Positions 21,801 to 47,130 of a stretch of DNA of 64,000 nucleotides are shown here, piece by piece. A program made the translations under genes and the position numbers. Positions within the stretch are counted from its first letter, which is position 1, and every line of letters starts with the position of its first letter. Origin of the DNA: Paraspadella gotoi (Eukaryota; Animalia; Chaetognatha); NCBI GenBank assembly GCA_051294375.1, contig CM119263.1, positions 10,624,703-10,688,702 on the forward strand, read 5' to 3'. The notes beneath the pieces were generated by a model. It was not told the origin of the DNA. It worked only from the letters and a program-made list of their open reading frames with translations, and searched no databases.

Positions 21801-24544
21801 GGGTGCTGCTAACGTCCAGGATCTTATCAGGATGAATGTGGTGCCGCAACGCTGGCTGCTGAATACGTTGCAGGGTCACTATAGGTGATTTAAACTCATT
21901 GCATTCGTTATCTTCCGGGTAAAGGACTACAAAAAAAAATAACTTCCAAATGTATATACCAGTGCGCTTCATGGCGAAGCTGTCTCATCTGCGATTGATT
22001 CCGGGAACGCCCTTGTCGACGCTGTTCGATTCGGTTTCGTCGTAAAGACGCGGTGCAGAGTCTCCGAAACTATTTTACTCCATGGATTTCATTTTGCGGT
22101 AATATGTATTAGAAAAAAATAAATAAAAGCTCGAGATATTGTACCATTTACTGTAGAATTAGAATTTAGAATTACAACGCCCATCTTTAATGAGAAAATG
22201 AACAAACGATACGCGGATAGAAAACAGAAAACAGATTTACTGTGCTCACATTACTACAGCGTAATGGCCTCGTGCAATATCCATGTTGTATGTCCATTTT
22301 AATTGAACATATTGGAATACTTAAATACGTATTACCCCTTACCACATCAATGTGATTCATCCAGTTTTCCTGCTTCGCCCGGTTCTCTTCCGTGTACGAC
22401 TGTCATTTCTATTTCGACTGCAGTAGCAATTTCAGATTCTCTGGCGCCGGTCTCTTTTTTGGCGTACGTCTCGAAGTCTTTAGCGGCGGTCGGATCTGTT
22501 CCGTCTGTCTCATTGCCGGCCTTGTCGAGGGGCTTGCGGGCTGGGGCAGCGGGGTCTGTCTGGCTCTTCCTTGACGCTCGACTTCGCTCCGCTATCTTCA
22601 AATACGCGTCATCGGGGAAGCAAAGGTCGTTGTTTTCGCAACAGGAGGCGCGGAGTTTGATCTTGAAACGCCTCGCCAAGCAGTAGGCGGCGCCGAGAGC
22701 GACGACGACGCCGGCGAAGGCTCCCATGATGCGGACCACGTGAGACGCGTCCGTCTCTTCATAGAAGCAGTTGGGGCCTGTTTGGAGGGGAGGGTTTGGG
22801 TGAGGCTTAGTTTAGAAGAGACAGAAATGACGATGCCGTGAGCAGTTCACCGTCCGTTGCACGCAAGGTCCCGAACTTCGGATTGGCCTGTAGTCCGTCA
22901 CTACAGGCGGGTTGAGCAAATGCAAGGTGGCCACCGGGAAAGAACCCTCGACCTTTGGGTTGGGAGGCGAATGACTTGCCTCCTGCACCAATGGTCCCTA
23001 ATGAACGGTTGGTGGATTTTAGTCCACCATAAATGCTTCTTTTTTTTTTCAAAGCTGACCTCTGCAACAGTGAGCTCCGCTTCCGGGGCAATTGTCTGGG
23101 CCTGGAGCGTGACCTCTGTTTATCAACCCGCGGCCCTGGCAGGCGGGAGGGAGGAGGAAGAGGACGAAGAAGGAGACGGGAAAGAGGAAATGAAAGATTG
23201 CGTGAGAAACGCGGCGAAAATATAAGGCGCGAGGCCGTTGGGGTTGCTTGAGGCCATGTTCGGTGAGTGTGCGTCGCGGGTAGCTGTTCTTGAAATCGGT
23301 AATTGGGCCGAGAGCAACGAAAGACGTTGTCAAAGTCATTTGCGACACTGCAATTATTTCGACGACGTGGATCAATACGCTGTTGCAAATCCTTTTTACG
23401 CAGGAAGAGATCCACTCGCTTTCTGCTCGGAGACGCTTTAGGGCAAAAAGAATGTGCAGTCATGTAGTTCTTATTTTGCCTTCACTCTTACGCCTTAGGT
23501 TTACAAATGAAAAATGTTTAAAAAAAGAATCTTGCCGAGCGAAAGTTTTCGACGTTTGGGAATTTTTAAAGCGGACGGGTTCTGATCAATCAGAACCAAT
23601 TAGAGTAATTTCCTGTATGGAGTTCGATTTTTTTTCAAGTCGAGTCTCTTTAACTTAGAAATGTTTTGATTATTTGTAATTATGTATTATATATTATAAT
23701 TATATTATATTATGTATTATATATTATGTATGTAATATGATTTTAGTCGTTTCACATTTTTTTCCCCCCAGGCCTCAGTTACAATAACCTTTGGTCAGTC
23801 TGTCTGTTTATTTTACTTACGTTACAAATGAACTTATTATAATCAGGTGGTAATCTGGAAACGATATAGTTTGGTGAACATCTTGCTTTTTGAACAAATT
23901 GCTTCGCTGACTCTCCGCGTTTCAAATTCTTTAGATCGTAGTGGAGCCCGCCGACGACGACGACGTTGGATGGAGCTTCATGCTGGAGCGCCTCCGCCCG
24001 TCGGAATTAGCGTTAAAGGCGCCACCGTTTTCCGCACAGCCAGTTTCTCTTCAAAATGATTGTCAACTCCAGTTTTACGTTCAGGTAATGACCACAGAAA
24101 GAAAAGTCTTGCATCGGCCGGGAATCGAACCCGGGCCGCCCGCGTACTACCGAATTCTTTCGCTGGCAGGCGAGCATTCTACCACTGAACCACCGATGCT
24201 TCGCTTAGGTATCTTGAAAATAACTGATGATGAATTATTTTTCGTTGGAAGGAGAAATTAGAAAAAGTTAATCGAATATTATTATATGTAATATATATGA
24301 AACAAGGAGCCAAAAATTATTAGTTCAATCACAGTAAGTGATAACTTTTTAAAATTTTCCGTTACTAACCCATTTCGACCCACAGGTGACCACAATGCCT
24401 TCCAAGATCCCTACGACGATCCACTCCGGTCTCCTCTCCCACGTATTCACATTGGGCGAACATCCTTCGAGGCGGCGTCGAGTCGATATGACCAATTTGC
24501 GTCTCCCCATCTACGTCATGTTTGCCATTTGCTTGCCCGACTAA
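18839..24544 (+). CDS. BTBD16: BTB/POZ domain-containing protein 16 (GCL-related BTB-BACK), multi-exon
   Basis: Exon translations GSTNRWRIPSTLGSDLLGINQ, ADVLLESLEEVWELHRPFLQKS, ACERWLSLHLVP, SPKLFVTSEW, LHAVRLHG, WSFMLERLRPSEL and terminal LPIYVMFAICLPD* resemble my recollection of vertebrate BTBD16 (GSTNRWRLP..., ADVILECLGFKWELHQP..., IPIYVSFAFIFP). Last exons are 23935-24084 and 24386-24544. Confidence 0.88.
20628..21004. mobile_element. MITE with TA TSD (Tc1/mariner-type), carrying a nested copy of the GC-rich dispersed repeat
   Basis: TA|CAGGTAGGTCTAGCTCT at 20626 and AGAGCTGGACCTCCCTG|TA ending 21006 form imperfect 17-bp TIRs. Confidence 0.7.
22347..23339 (-). CDS. Nested antisense single-pass membrane protein with short Cys-rich ectodomain; exons 23339-23060, 22777-22347
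   Basis: AGAG|GTCAGC...AAACAG|GC joins the two ORFs in frame: ...FFVLFLLPPACQG...DNCPGSGAHCCRGPNCFYEE...IMGAFAGVVVALGAAYCLARRFK. Lies in a BTBD16 intron. Confidence 0.65.
22835..22998 (-). mobile_element. tRNA-derived SINE-like element
   Basis: Head GGGACCATTGGTGCAGGAGG...GAGGGTTCTTTCCCGGTGGCC has A-box and degenerate B-box spacing typical of tRNA. Lies in the intron of the nested gene. Confidence 0.5.
24110..24199 (-). tRNA. tRNA-Gly(GCC) with 19-nt intron (24163-24145)
   Basis: GCATCGGTGGTTCAGTGGTAGAATGCTCGCCTGCCA[GCGAAAGAATTCGGTAGTA]CGCGGGCGGCCCGGGTTCGATTCCCGGCCGATGCA. The exons form a canonical invertebrate-type Gly-GCC cloverleaf, with TTTT just downstream. Confidence 0.95.
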
Positions 24545-24558
24545 GCATCGCTCTCTCG

Positions 24559-24631
<73 letters not shown>

Positions 24632-26902
24632 CCTCTCCCACACGACTTTCTTCCTCTCAGAAGTTTTCTTTACTCTGAAGATCGCGAGAAAACAAATTTC
24701 GCCGGTTTTTCGGATCTTGAGAATATGAACTCGCAAATAAAACAAAACCGAATTCTAACAATAAATAACAAAAAGTTAAGGGCCAACTACTCGAGAAATA
24801 CAGAACTTATTTTTTTACTATTTTTATTTGAAAGTTTTTTAGAAATAGTCAGCAACGCTGTTTTAGAATTAGAAGTAAACATTCATTTTTTTATTGATTT
24901 ATTTCTAATTTTTATTATCTATTTACTTTCTTTCTTTCTGTTTTTATTTATATGTTTAATGCTTTTTTTATTTATCTTTATTCTCCTTCCTAACCCTAAC
25001 ACTCTTCCTTCCTTCCGCCTTAACCTTCCCAGAGAGAGAGAGAGAGAGAGAGAGAGAGGTGGAGTGAGAGGCGAAGAAACAGGAATAAAAGAGAGAGAGA
25101 GAGAGTAAAATCGATTTAACTTTTTTTTCATCCTAGTTTTCCTTCTCCCAGGATTTGTTTATCGAAGAAAAGGTTAGCGGTGGCCCTGAGGAGTCTGAAG
25201 TGTCATCTCTCGTTGGGTGGGATGGAATTTCTATGTCTGCCCTTGACCATAGTCATCTTTCGATTTTACTCCAGTTTTTTGTGTTTTTTTTTTTCTATTA
25301 CTTTTTTTTTCGGTTTTGATCAAAACTGCTTTTCGACGATGACCAAGGTCTATGGACGGGAATATTTCTCGTTTAGTTCGTAACAACTTATTATAGATTG
25401 GGATTATCCTATTTCTTATTCATAGCTACATCGTATTTTAAAAGTTTTAACATTTTTAAAAACTGCCCTCGGCGCCTATAGTCAAAAGCGTCTATACAAC
25501 TTGAATGCCCTATATATTTTGATCATGATTTTCCCGTCTGATGGAATGTTTACTGCTTAGACTGAGAAGGCAATTTGAGAAGGGAGCGAAAGGAAAGTAA
25601 ATGCCACTTGAACAAAGCAAAGGAACACCCGGGATCCTGTCATGGCAACGACGATAACGGTGACGACGACGTCATCGGAAAAGGAAGTTGATAGCTATTT
25701 TGCGGGTCGCGTTGTGACATATTTAAAGGTCGCGTTGAAAGAACCGGAGGGTCACGATGGATCAGCCGAGAAAGAATGATCGGCCGGCGTTCCTCGAGTC
25801 CTTGACGGGAAGTTGGGCCTTTTGGAGGCGCCATGGCGACGACGATGAAGACGAGGACATTGTTAAAGAGGTCAATTCTGTCTTGGCGCCAGCCAGGAAT
25901 TTAAGGAGATGTATAAAAAGTTCGTTATATGATTTGCATGTAGTCTGTTTTAATTAACGGTTAATTATGACTGATGATCGGATTTCCGAAAATTAAATTA
26001 TTTAGAAACTAAAATAAAAGTTTGGCGATAAAAAATCGTCCGAAGACAGCGGCAGCGTTGGGGGAACGCTGCGGGACCGTAGCAGGACCGCAGCGACCTT
26101 GAGTTGCGCCGCAGCTCGAAGCCCGAGTTACGCGAAACGAGAGATTCACTTACCCGTCGAGGTAAGTCCGACTAAATCGCATCACCGTTTTTTTTTCGTA
26201 AGACTTTGTTTAACCAAAGAAACAAAGGCGGATACACACAAACTAAAACTCGAAAGGCAACAAGAACATTTTTTTTTAAATTTCGAAGTATAAATTTTTT
26301 ATAAAGAAAAAAAATTAAAAATTGCGAAAGATGACCCACCGCCGCCGAAAGGGTCTATTCACCAACGACCAAAAAAATAAAAAAATCCGGATTCTCCATT
26401 ATTTTTTTGTAGAGAGGAGCGTGTGGATGTGAAGGGGAGAAACTCCGCGTCTTAACATCGCTTTGATCTTTGGAAAGGGTTTCGTTGATTAGGAAGGGAA
26501 AGACCTCCGGGTAGATTGAGACACTCGGGGAAAAGGTCGTCTTCTTGTCCCGGGGGGGAAAATATCGAGGGGGAAAGGGGGAAGCGTCTTATTTGTAAGT
26601 AGTGAAGCAAAACAAACATTAAAAAAGACCGAGGGAAACATGCGGTATAAAAAGACAGAGGTCTTCTTCAAAAGCAAGGAAAATCAAGAAACGAGGAAAC
26701 ACAAGGAGCAAATGAAAAAGGACACAAGAGTAGTATTTTGTAGAGGACAGATGTAACTAACAAACAAGCAAACTGACGGGGGGAAAAAAAATCCGCTTAC
26801 GCAAACATGAACGAATGACAAACCAGCGAAAAAAACTTCCCAACATAAAACGAAAAAAAACTTCCGGATCAACAAAACAGAACAAACGAAAGAGAAGAAA
26901 AC

Positions 26903-36044
<9,142 letters not shown>

Positions 36045-37853
36045 CCATTCTCATGGCAAACGGATTATCAAACACCGTCCGGTCGACGATATGGCTAATG
36101 GCAAAATTGAAGCGCTTTTTTTTTTTGTAAATGCTCTTCTGTTTAGTTTGTTTTGCTTTTCAAATAAACTTACGTTTAAAAATATATTATAGGAAAAAAA
36201 ATCTGTCTTTAAAAATCTTTAGGGTTAGTGGAGGAAAAACATAGAAAAGTCATTTATATAGATTTTAACGTTCTTTCGCTCGATGTTTTTGCAAGAGGAA
36301 ACTTACACTTTATCACAATGTAACAAGTCATGTTAGAAAAACGAATTGATCCACTCCTGTTGAATCCATTTTCATCTCAATGTGTAACCAACCGCTCTCG
36401 ACTGCAGTGACCAATCTCGGCCAAAGAATGATGAAAAAAAAAAAAATATCTTCAAGGATAAAAAAACTTCATTCGTCGGTTTAACTTCTTTTTTTTTTTC
36501 TGATCTGGTTTTTGTTTTGGTTGAAGGGAAAGATATTCGCCACGAAAATCACCATGAATACCGCAATCAATATCGCCATGAACATCAACAGAAATGATTT
36601 TCGTTTCGTATTTTGTCGTCGACGAGGATTATTTAAAATCGAACTGAATAAAACCTTTGGGTTATAATTTCGATAACCGAAATAAGATTAAGTGAAACTA
36701 TGTAATTTTTTTAAAAACGATTTAAATGCAAAGTCTTATGAATAAAATGTGTATGAAATCGTAGTTATAGAACGGTGTAACATATCAGTCTTCGCCGTGA
36801 GCCTGATCTATGATGACAATTATCGTCTAGAACCCAATCTCAATCAAAATATAAAATCTGTCATTTTTGCACTTAATGACAACAGCGTCTAATTGGATTT
36901 CGTATATATCCGACTGAGCTGTTTTGCACTCATGCGAAGAAGGGATTAATGACCAAAGGCAACGAGAAGTACCCTAAAAAATTTTAAATGTTTTTGTTGT
37001 CAGTAACCTTTTTTTCTTTTCAATACTTATGTAAGTAATTACGTTATTACGCCTTAGGTTATGCCTCTACAGAAATTCTGAAGCCCCTAAGCCTTTGATT
37101 CCTTTTCGCAGCTCACAAATCTTTTTACGATTTACGACTTTACAATGAACTCCCGAAGGTTTCTCCAATAAACGAAACAATTGAATCCCTAACTTTTTTT
37201 TTAAGATAACGTGTGGCCGGGGCCTCGTGCCCATATCTCATGCTCTCTCCCTCATGCCCATGAATCATGGTGCAAAGAATTCGTGATGTTAAAATCACCC
37301 AAATACTCACATAGCGTTTAACGAGGCTCATCGGAAATTCGTTTACTTTGGTTGAAGAGGTCCTAATAAATCCTAGTACATTCGCTTTTCATTTCTTTTT
37401 AGTAGAGGATATAATATGTGCTAACGTTTTTGTCATTTTCTTCTTTTAAATGTTTTTTTATTTTAGCCATCTGATCAATTCACAATTGATCTCCGTTTAA
37501 TACGTAAATCTGAGAAAAAAAAAATAGGAACGGGATCTCGTTGCGTTAATTTATCCTAAAATAAATATTAAAAAATAAAAAACGGGCGAGACATAACATC
37601 CACCCTATCCAGTATCCAATAGCCTTTTTTTTTCTCTTTCGCCTTCGAGGGCAAGAAAAGATGCAAACTCGAATATGCGATCAACGATGCAAACGATGAT
37701 CGAAAAATGATGCGATCATGGATTAAAAAACGAAAAAAAAAAACCTGAACTAAAAAAATTATAGTAAGGAATAAAAATCAAAACGGCAACAATAACCAGC
37801 GAGATTCAAACAAATCATTTTGTGACGTTCGAAGTATAATCGTTGGAACCAGT

Positions 37854-40800
37854 ATGAGTTTGCTGCAAGACTGGGCCTCGGCTCTGGTCAGCCAAGACGT
37901 TAAAATAGGTAAGGACCACGGGTTTATTATTTTTAATAAGTACATAATTTTTGCATTCAATCAAAAATTTATCCTTTCAATTATTCAGTTTCCGTTCTAT
38001 GTTATCTTGACTCGGACTTAGGAACTTGAATGTTTTTGACGTCCATATTTTTGTGAAAAAAATAATCTAGTCTAGCCAAATTGTGCATTGTGCGTACAAA
38101 AAAAAAACCCTTAAAAAGAGTGTTTTCCTTTTAGATTATAATTATACTTGATGCCCCTGATGAATAGAGTCAACCAATGCTCGAGGCTAAAAATGTAAAT
38201 AATGAAATGTATTTAGACAAAATTTAAAAGATGGAGGAAGCGAAGAACAAAGAAGCGATGGCTTCAGTTGTGGTTGTAATTTTTTTGTGTTCCTGTTCGT
38301 TTTATGACTTAAGATTTATCGTTTTGCTTTTTTCCAATTTCACTGTTTTCAATTAAAGCGATAAGAAAAGATAAAAGTAAAACGTACTGAATTGAACGAA
38401 TGACTTTAGTTCAGGATTCGGTTTTCGAAAAATGATTTCCGGGGTTTGATTCTTGATCCCGGGGGATTTTAAAAACAAGGGAAGAAGAAACCAAAGCAAG
38501 AAACCGGAAGAACAAATTTTAAAAATAATCCTGACGGAAACGAACGTCAATAAAAAAAAATAAGGAATTTTAACAGTTTAACAATTTGACCGTTAATATC
38601 ATGAAATATGTAGAAAGTAGTTGATAGGAATAATTTATTTCTAAAATAGTATTAGTACGATTAATGGAAAGAACCAAAAAATAACAGACGATGCCTACGA
38701 CCGCCTGCACCGCAAGGACATGGCAACGCTCCTCCTCCTCTTCCTCCTCCCCATTGTTGGGCAACAGTACGTGGGCGATCCGATTCAGTGTATGGCGCCA
38801 ACGGCCTTCAGCGACGCCCAGGTTCCACTGTTGCTTTTGTTTTTATTGTTTTATTGCAACACTTTTTGACAAGAAAAAGAAAAGGAACGAACGACCCATT
38901 ACCGATAGCGACAACAATTTACAGGTGGCGTATTTGCACAGTCGCTGTTGGACCGAGTCGACTTATTACATCCTGGCCAAGGACATTCCCCTTACGTCCT
39001 CTGCGAAGACCACCGAGCAGCGACTCTTGCTCAGGAATTTAGAGAAGTTTAGGAACATGCCCTTCTACGAGAAGAAAGGCCTTTACCTTTCTGGACGAAA
39101 GGTGGGGGCTAAAATTATGTAGTCTACATATAGTTCCGTATAATCCGTTTATATAATGCGTTTTCGACGAACAATTTTGTATAACAATCTCTATCAGGTT
39201 ACGTTGGCCCTACTGTTGGTGGAACACCGGTCAAGCTTCTTTACTACCAATTCGTCCGATTATTTTAGTGGTTATGGCCCTGCTCTTTTTTTTGCCCTAC
39301 TATCTCTGGGTAGAGAACGTGCAAAGGTTAGACTTTTGTTTAAAAAATGAGGGACGTTACCTATATTTTAATTCAAGAGGAAAAACTAGTGCGTCATAGG
39401 AGCCTGCGAAAGTATTAATATAAATAAATTTTCAATCAGCTTCGAGATAAAAAAAAATTGGAAAGGACCACCTGCAAGATCTTGAAAAAAGTTATTTTTA
39501 ATCGGATTATATTTATTTTTCTCAGTTTTTAGTTTGGTGGCAGGAGAAACTGATTTTTTTAAGGGACGAGTAAAAATACAAAAAACGAGAGGAAAAGAAA
39601 AGGAGAAAGCCTACGTTTCTTCATGTTGATATAATACTATATATCAGTAATTATGTACATATTTGGAAAAAAAACAAGGAAAGCTTTTTTTGTAAAATAT
39701 TGGGATTAAAACGTGAAAGATGAAAATATAATAAGTGATATGTTTAATCAAACACATCCGCTTAGCAATTAAATTCATTAAGAACTCGATATCCCGATTC
39801 GCAACAACAAACCATCCAATCAGGTACGGGATCGATCTCTACTCTCTGATGAGAGGCGCCGCGACACTGACTCATATCGGCGATCCATGGATCAGATCGT
39901 CATTGATTACTCGTGAGTCTATTGACAATTGGCCTATTAATTATAAGTATAATAATAAACAGAAGGTCATTGAATATATCGTAACGAAATTACTGTTTTT
40001 TTAAAAATCAGTAAATGAAGTTATAATTTAAAAAAAGGACAAATCCAGAACAACTTTTGCTACTTTTTCCTAGAAACACCATCAAAAACTTTGTGGAGCA
40101 ATTCAGTCGATACGTCAAACTGCATGAATTGAAAAAGACGGACACCATATGGCATCGAGTGAGCCTCTTCGTTGTTGTTTTCTTCTTGTTGTTTTCCCTT
40201 TTTTTCAATGTCGATTTTTTCTGCATTAAGTTTGTAGTCGGGCATTGCATAAATGCCCGACTACAAGTTGCAAATGATTATGCTTATTTTTAAGCCCAAT
40301 CAGGGAAGAAGTTCAAATCACTAATCCACAACTTTTCTTCTTCCTGCAGTTACGTAACACTTTTTGCATCGGCATCGAATACGGCAATTCGCTCTTCTTT
40401 TACTTCATCTTCATCAAACTTCTGTATCTCACCAATCTCGCCTTTCAAATTTGGCTCATGACGACTTTTCTTCAAGTGGACACCGTCTTCGCTCTTCTCA
40501 CCGACGCCTACAAGATCGTCTTCAAGTGGGAACCATCTGGTCAGTTTTTTTCAATAATTGAAAATATTTTCTAGATCATTTTCCTACGCTTTTTCTCCTG
40601 TTAAAAATGAGTTATTTTGACAAGCTGCCCTTTAGGTCTCTTCCCCTACAATACCGTTTGCCATTTTAAAACGACAAGAGATGGAGAATCTCAGGTAGGT
40701 TTATATAGCCTGATTAATTAATTATTTTTAATTTCTTCATTTTTTTTCATTTATTATGTATATTAAATGCAGCCTCCTCCTGTATTCCTTTTTTCAGCCT

Positions 40801-42171
40801 TTTACCGTTGAATGCTCCCTGCCCATAAACCTTTTCAATGACAAAATATTCGCCATTATCGTGGTACTCTACCAACTTTTGGCGATTCTAACTGTGTTCA
40901 ACATGGTCCGATGGCTTCTGCTCAATTCTTCAATAAAAAGGCGGGAATTCGTCAGAAATCATTTAGGTGATTTGTCTAATGAGAGGCCATAAAGTTTTTT
41001 TTTTTTTCAAATTGAATTTCATTTTGCGTTGTATTATGAAACACATAATTGAATAAAAAAATCTGCCAAAAAGATGTAAATTAAATAACGTGAAGGTAAA
41101 TGAAAAACAATCCAGGCGTTCATTACGACACTGCCTTGTCCAAGACGGAAGATGTCGTCCTCTCCCGACTTCATCGCGACGCCGTCTTCGTCCTTCAACT
41201 CATCGAACTCAACGTCGGAGGTCAGTCTGTCAGTCTATCTTGTTAGTTTCTATCGCTGGGAAAACAGAGACTTGATCTTCAATGTTAACAAAAGTAGGGT
41301 ATTGCACAAAAATTTTAAAAATACTGATTTTCTTCATTGATGGTTTAAAACCTTATATTAAGCCTAAAGAAGTGTACTGTAATCGTTAATTCTTTGACTT
41401 TTAAATATTTGATTTACGCCAACTGATTTACGACAATTTGGAGTAACGTTTCTGCCTCCTTTCTGCAGTCAAGGATATTCAACAAAAATTTTTGAAAACG
41501 CTTGTTTTTAATTAAAAATATATAGTATTATTGGATTCAGATTTGATTTCTTTTTTTTTACGTGTTTGTTGGCGTTGGTGGCGTAAAAACTACGCCAAAA
41601 CGTAATATATCCTAGTTACATATGTGGCGTTAATGATTTTTCAAAAAAAAATTTAAAATATATCATGTTAAAAGTCTAAAACTAAGCGCAAGGAATAAAA
41701 TTGAATAAATTAGAATAAAATAAAATAAGCCCCTCGACGGTGTGGATAAATTGATAGTCTGCGTTCTTAGGTGGCCTGAGAGAAGGCGGTTTGCGGTAGG
41801 CAGTAGGCGGAGGGCTTACCAGGCCCGTCGATCGGACCAGGGCTATTACGTTCAGGAAGTCCAGTATCCAACGGGTAGTGATATTACATAACTACAAGCT
41901 GTTTACAAACTGCAGGCGTCGTTGTATCAAATGTGCTGGCGCAACTGTACAACGATTACGAAATTGAGCGGAAAACGAAAGGTGAGAGTTGGAATATCGA
42001 TGATTAACTGGTCAATAACTCGTGAAGTCAAAACGGAAATCGAAAATCTGTTCAGGCGAAGTCCTTCAAGCGAATCTGCTCGCCGAGGAATCCGGGTTGT
42101 TGGGCGCCCCGCTCGGTCTCGACAAATCCGTCAGAAAGGTCGACAAAAAGGGACGGCTCATCAGAACGTGA
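37854..42171 (+). CDS. Innexin (invertebrate gap-junction protein), ~11 exons, with apparent frameshifts
   Basis: DDAYDRLH, QYVGDPIQC, CWTESTY, YYQFV.IILVVMALLFFLPYYLW, FIFIKLLYLTN, FPYNTVCHF, CSLPINLFNDKIF and DAVFVLQLI motifs. Confidence 0.9.
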
Positions 42172-42565
42172 CTCGATCCGACGGTTCTTCCCGACTGGGC
42201 GCCTCGACTATTTAAATATTACGCTTGTAATGGAATATTTATTCTCATCAGTCATCACATTTTTGTCAATAAAGTTCTCTTTATTTATTTGCCACAACCA
42301 AAATTTTTAAATGACATTTGATTTAAACGTACGATAGATTAAGTGGATACATTCCAAAGTAGATAAAGAACAACTACGAATCTGAATTTAAAACCAATTG
42401 GATAATAGTCCTCTTTCTTTTTACCACTATTTTTTTTTCTTCTTTTGTTTTTGTTTTTTTTGTTTTTTGTTGTTTTTTTTTTGTCTATTTTTTCTTCTTC
42501 TTTCGTTTTTTGGTCTATTGTTTTTTGTTTTTTCTCTATCGTCTTTTCTTTAGTCTGTTTCAATT

Positions 42566-43250
42566 TCACTCGTAAGGATTCGTGCCAAAGTCCGGCCTCT
42601 TGACTCCCTTCTTCGGCGACCTCCCTTCCGAGTTTTCCTTCATTTTGTTGCTTTTGTCGCGGCTCGCGTGACTAAATTTCGATTCTTTCTTGTCCAGTTT
42701 GTTTTGTTCTTCGTCGCGACTTTCGTGACCTTCGTGCGATTCGCCTGCGCGCTCTTCCGTCTTCTTTCTTTCCAGCTTGGATTCTCCGCCGCGGTGACTG
42801 CGGTGACTGCGGTGACTGCGGTGACTGCGGTGGCTCCGGCGATCGTCCTGTTTGTGGTCATCGCCGCCGTGGTGATCGGAGTGGTATTTTTGGAGATCGT
42901 GGTGATCGTGGTGATCCTTGTGGTCGGGGTGGTCGTGGTGGTCGTGGTGGTCGTGGTGGTGGCCGTGGCCGTGACGATCTCCGTGGTCGTAACTCTCGTG
43001 ACTTTCCCGGCGATCGTGGCGACGTCGCTGACTGGAGTGACGTCTCTCTCGCGTTTTCTTCTTCGAAGGCCAGTACATGCAGTAGCGACATGGCAATGGG
43101 GAAGACGGCCGCTCCGACGAGTTGGAAGACGTTCGTCGCCGTCTCTCGTCGCTCGAGTCGCGGTTGTTGTTGTTGTCGTTGGCGGGAACGCAGTCGTTGT
43201 TCCAGGAATCGTTTCCGTTCCTTGGTAACTGAATGACGTAGACACTTTGA
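42566..43250 (-). CDS. Probable terminal exon of a His/Arg/Ser-rich low-complexity protein
   Basis: 231-aa ORF with HHDHHD and (SHR)n repeats and a GC-rich coding-like composition. It starts after plausible acceptors, convergent with the innexin. Confidence 0.45.
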
Positions 43251-44429
43251 AATAACAACAATAACGATCGAGAAAAGAAATTTGTTACGGAAAGCGAATA
43301 GTCTAATGATCAATCATTTATCAGGATTAATAAGACCTTACGAGAGAGTTGTAGGAATTGAGTAAGGAATTGAGAAGGATCAACTTTGAGACCAAAAACT
43401 TAAAAAAAAAAAAGATTTTCTCTCGCCTCGATTTGATTTCTGGAGTCCTCTCCAGCCCTGTCGCCGTAAGGGTTTACAGTGAAATTCGGACGCTGAAATT
43501 CATAAGGCAAGTACGTATGTAAAATAATTGAACGTCTTAAATTTAACTTTTAAATATTTTTAACATAATTCTTTATATATTTGACTTTATCCACCTGATA
43601 AGCGACGGAGGTTTGGGCCGCCGAGACATTGGCAAAGGGATTCGTCTCGTATTTCGGCTGCTTCTTTCTCTGAGATATCCATCAAAGCGCTTAATAATTA
43701 TCAATTGAAATAATTGATTGGTCCTTTTAAAGATTGACAACCTGGAGGTCACTATCTGTTCCTTTTGGCTGATTCTTGCTTCCCTTGGACCGCTAAATAT
43801 TACAATTAATTGTACAATGTACTCTGTACAAAGATCAAACCCCAATTTCAAGTTTTAGAACACGTACATGAGATTTAACCGCTGTTGAGCCAGTATTGGT
43901 CCTAATTGAGCAAAATGGCGAAGGAATTGAAATTCAATAACTTATTGTATAACATCATCAAAATCAATCAATCTGCAATCATTCACTTCATAAATTCGGC
44001 TCCCACATAGTCTATCCCATTATCTTGGACGGCTAAGTACACCCATACCCCTTTCATGTCACGCCAGAGACATGGGGTGACAAGGGGTGGTCAGTTCAGG
44101 TGCACAGCCCTAAGCGCCAGCTGTCGGGAAATGCCTCCCACCCCGGGCATCAACAATCAACATGTTGTACAATGTCTTCTCGTTTCCATAATATCATTAT
44201 TGTCATGTTCGTCTGGAAAGCCAAATTTCTTCTTTATATCCATCACTTGTTTTTCGGCGTTTTTCTCCTTTTGAAAGAAAAAAATAGGAGGGGAAAATTT
44301 AATATGAGACAAGTAGACGGTGATAAGTCAAAAATCACCCTTCCACATCCGACGAATCATCGAAGGTCTCCGAACGTTCCTACGCGATATAAACACATAT
44401 TCTGCCTTACTGTAATATATTTCATATTA

Positions 44430-47130
<2,701 letters not shown>

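Noticed and set aside
25620-25900. Two diverged HGDDD-like segments suggesting a peptide precursor
   Set aside because: No continuous frame, signal peptide or dibasic pattern.
25965-26000. CTGATGATCGGATTTCCGAAA
   Set aside because: Stem II cannot close next to the core, and there is no stem I or III.
42640-43313. Multiple overlapping long ORFs on both strands
   Set aside because: Expected from GC-rich trinucleotide repeats lacking stops. Not evidence of overlapping genes.
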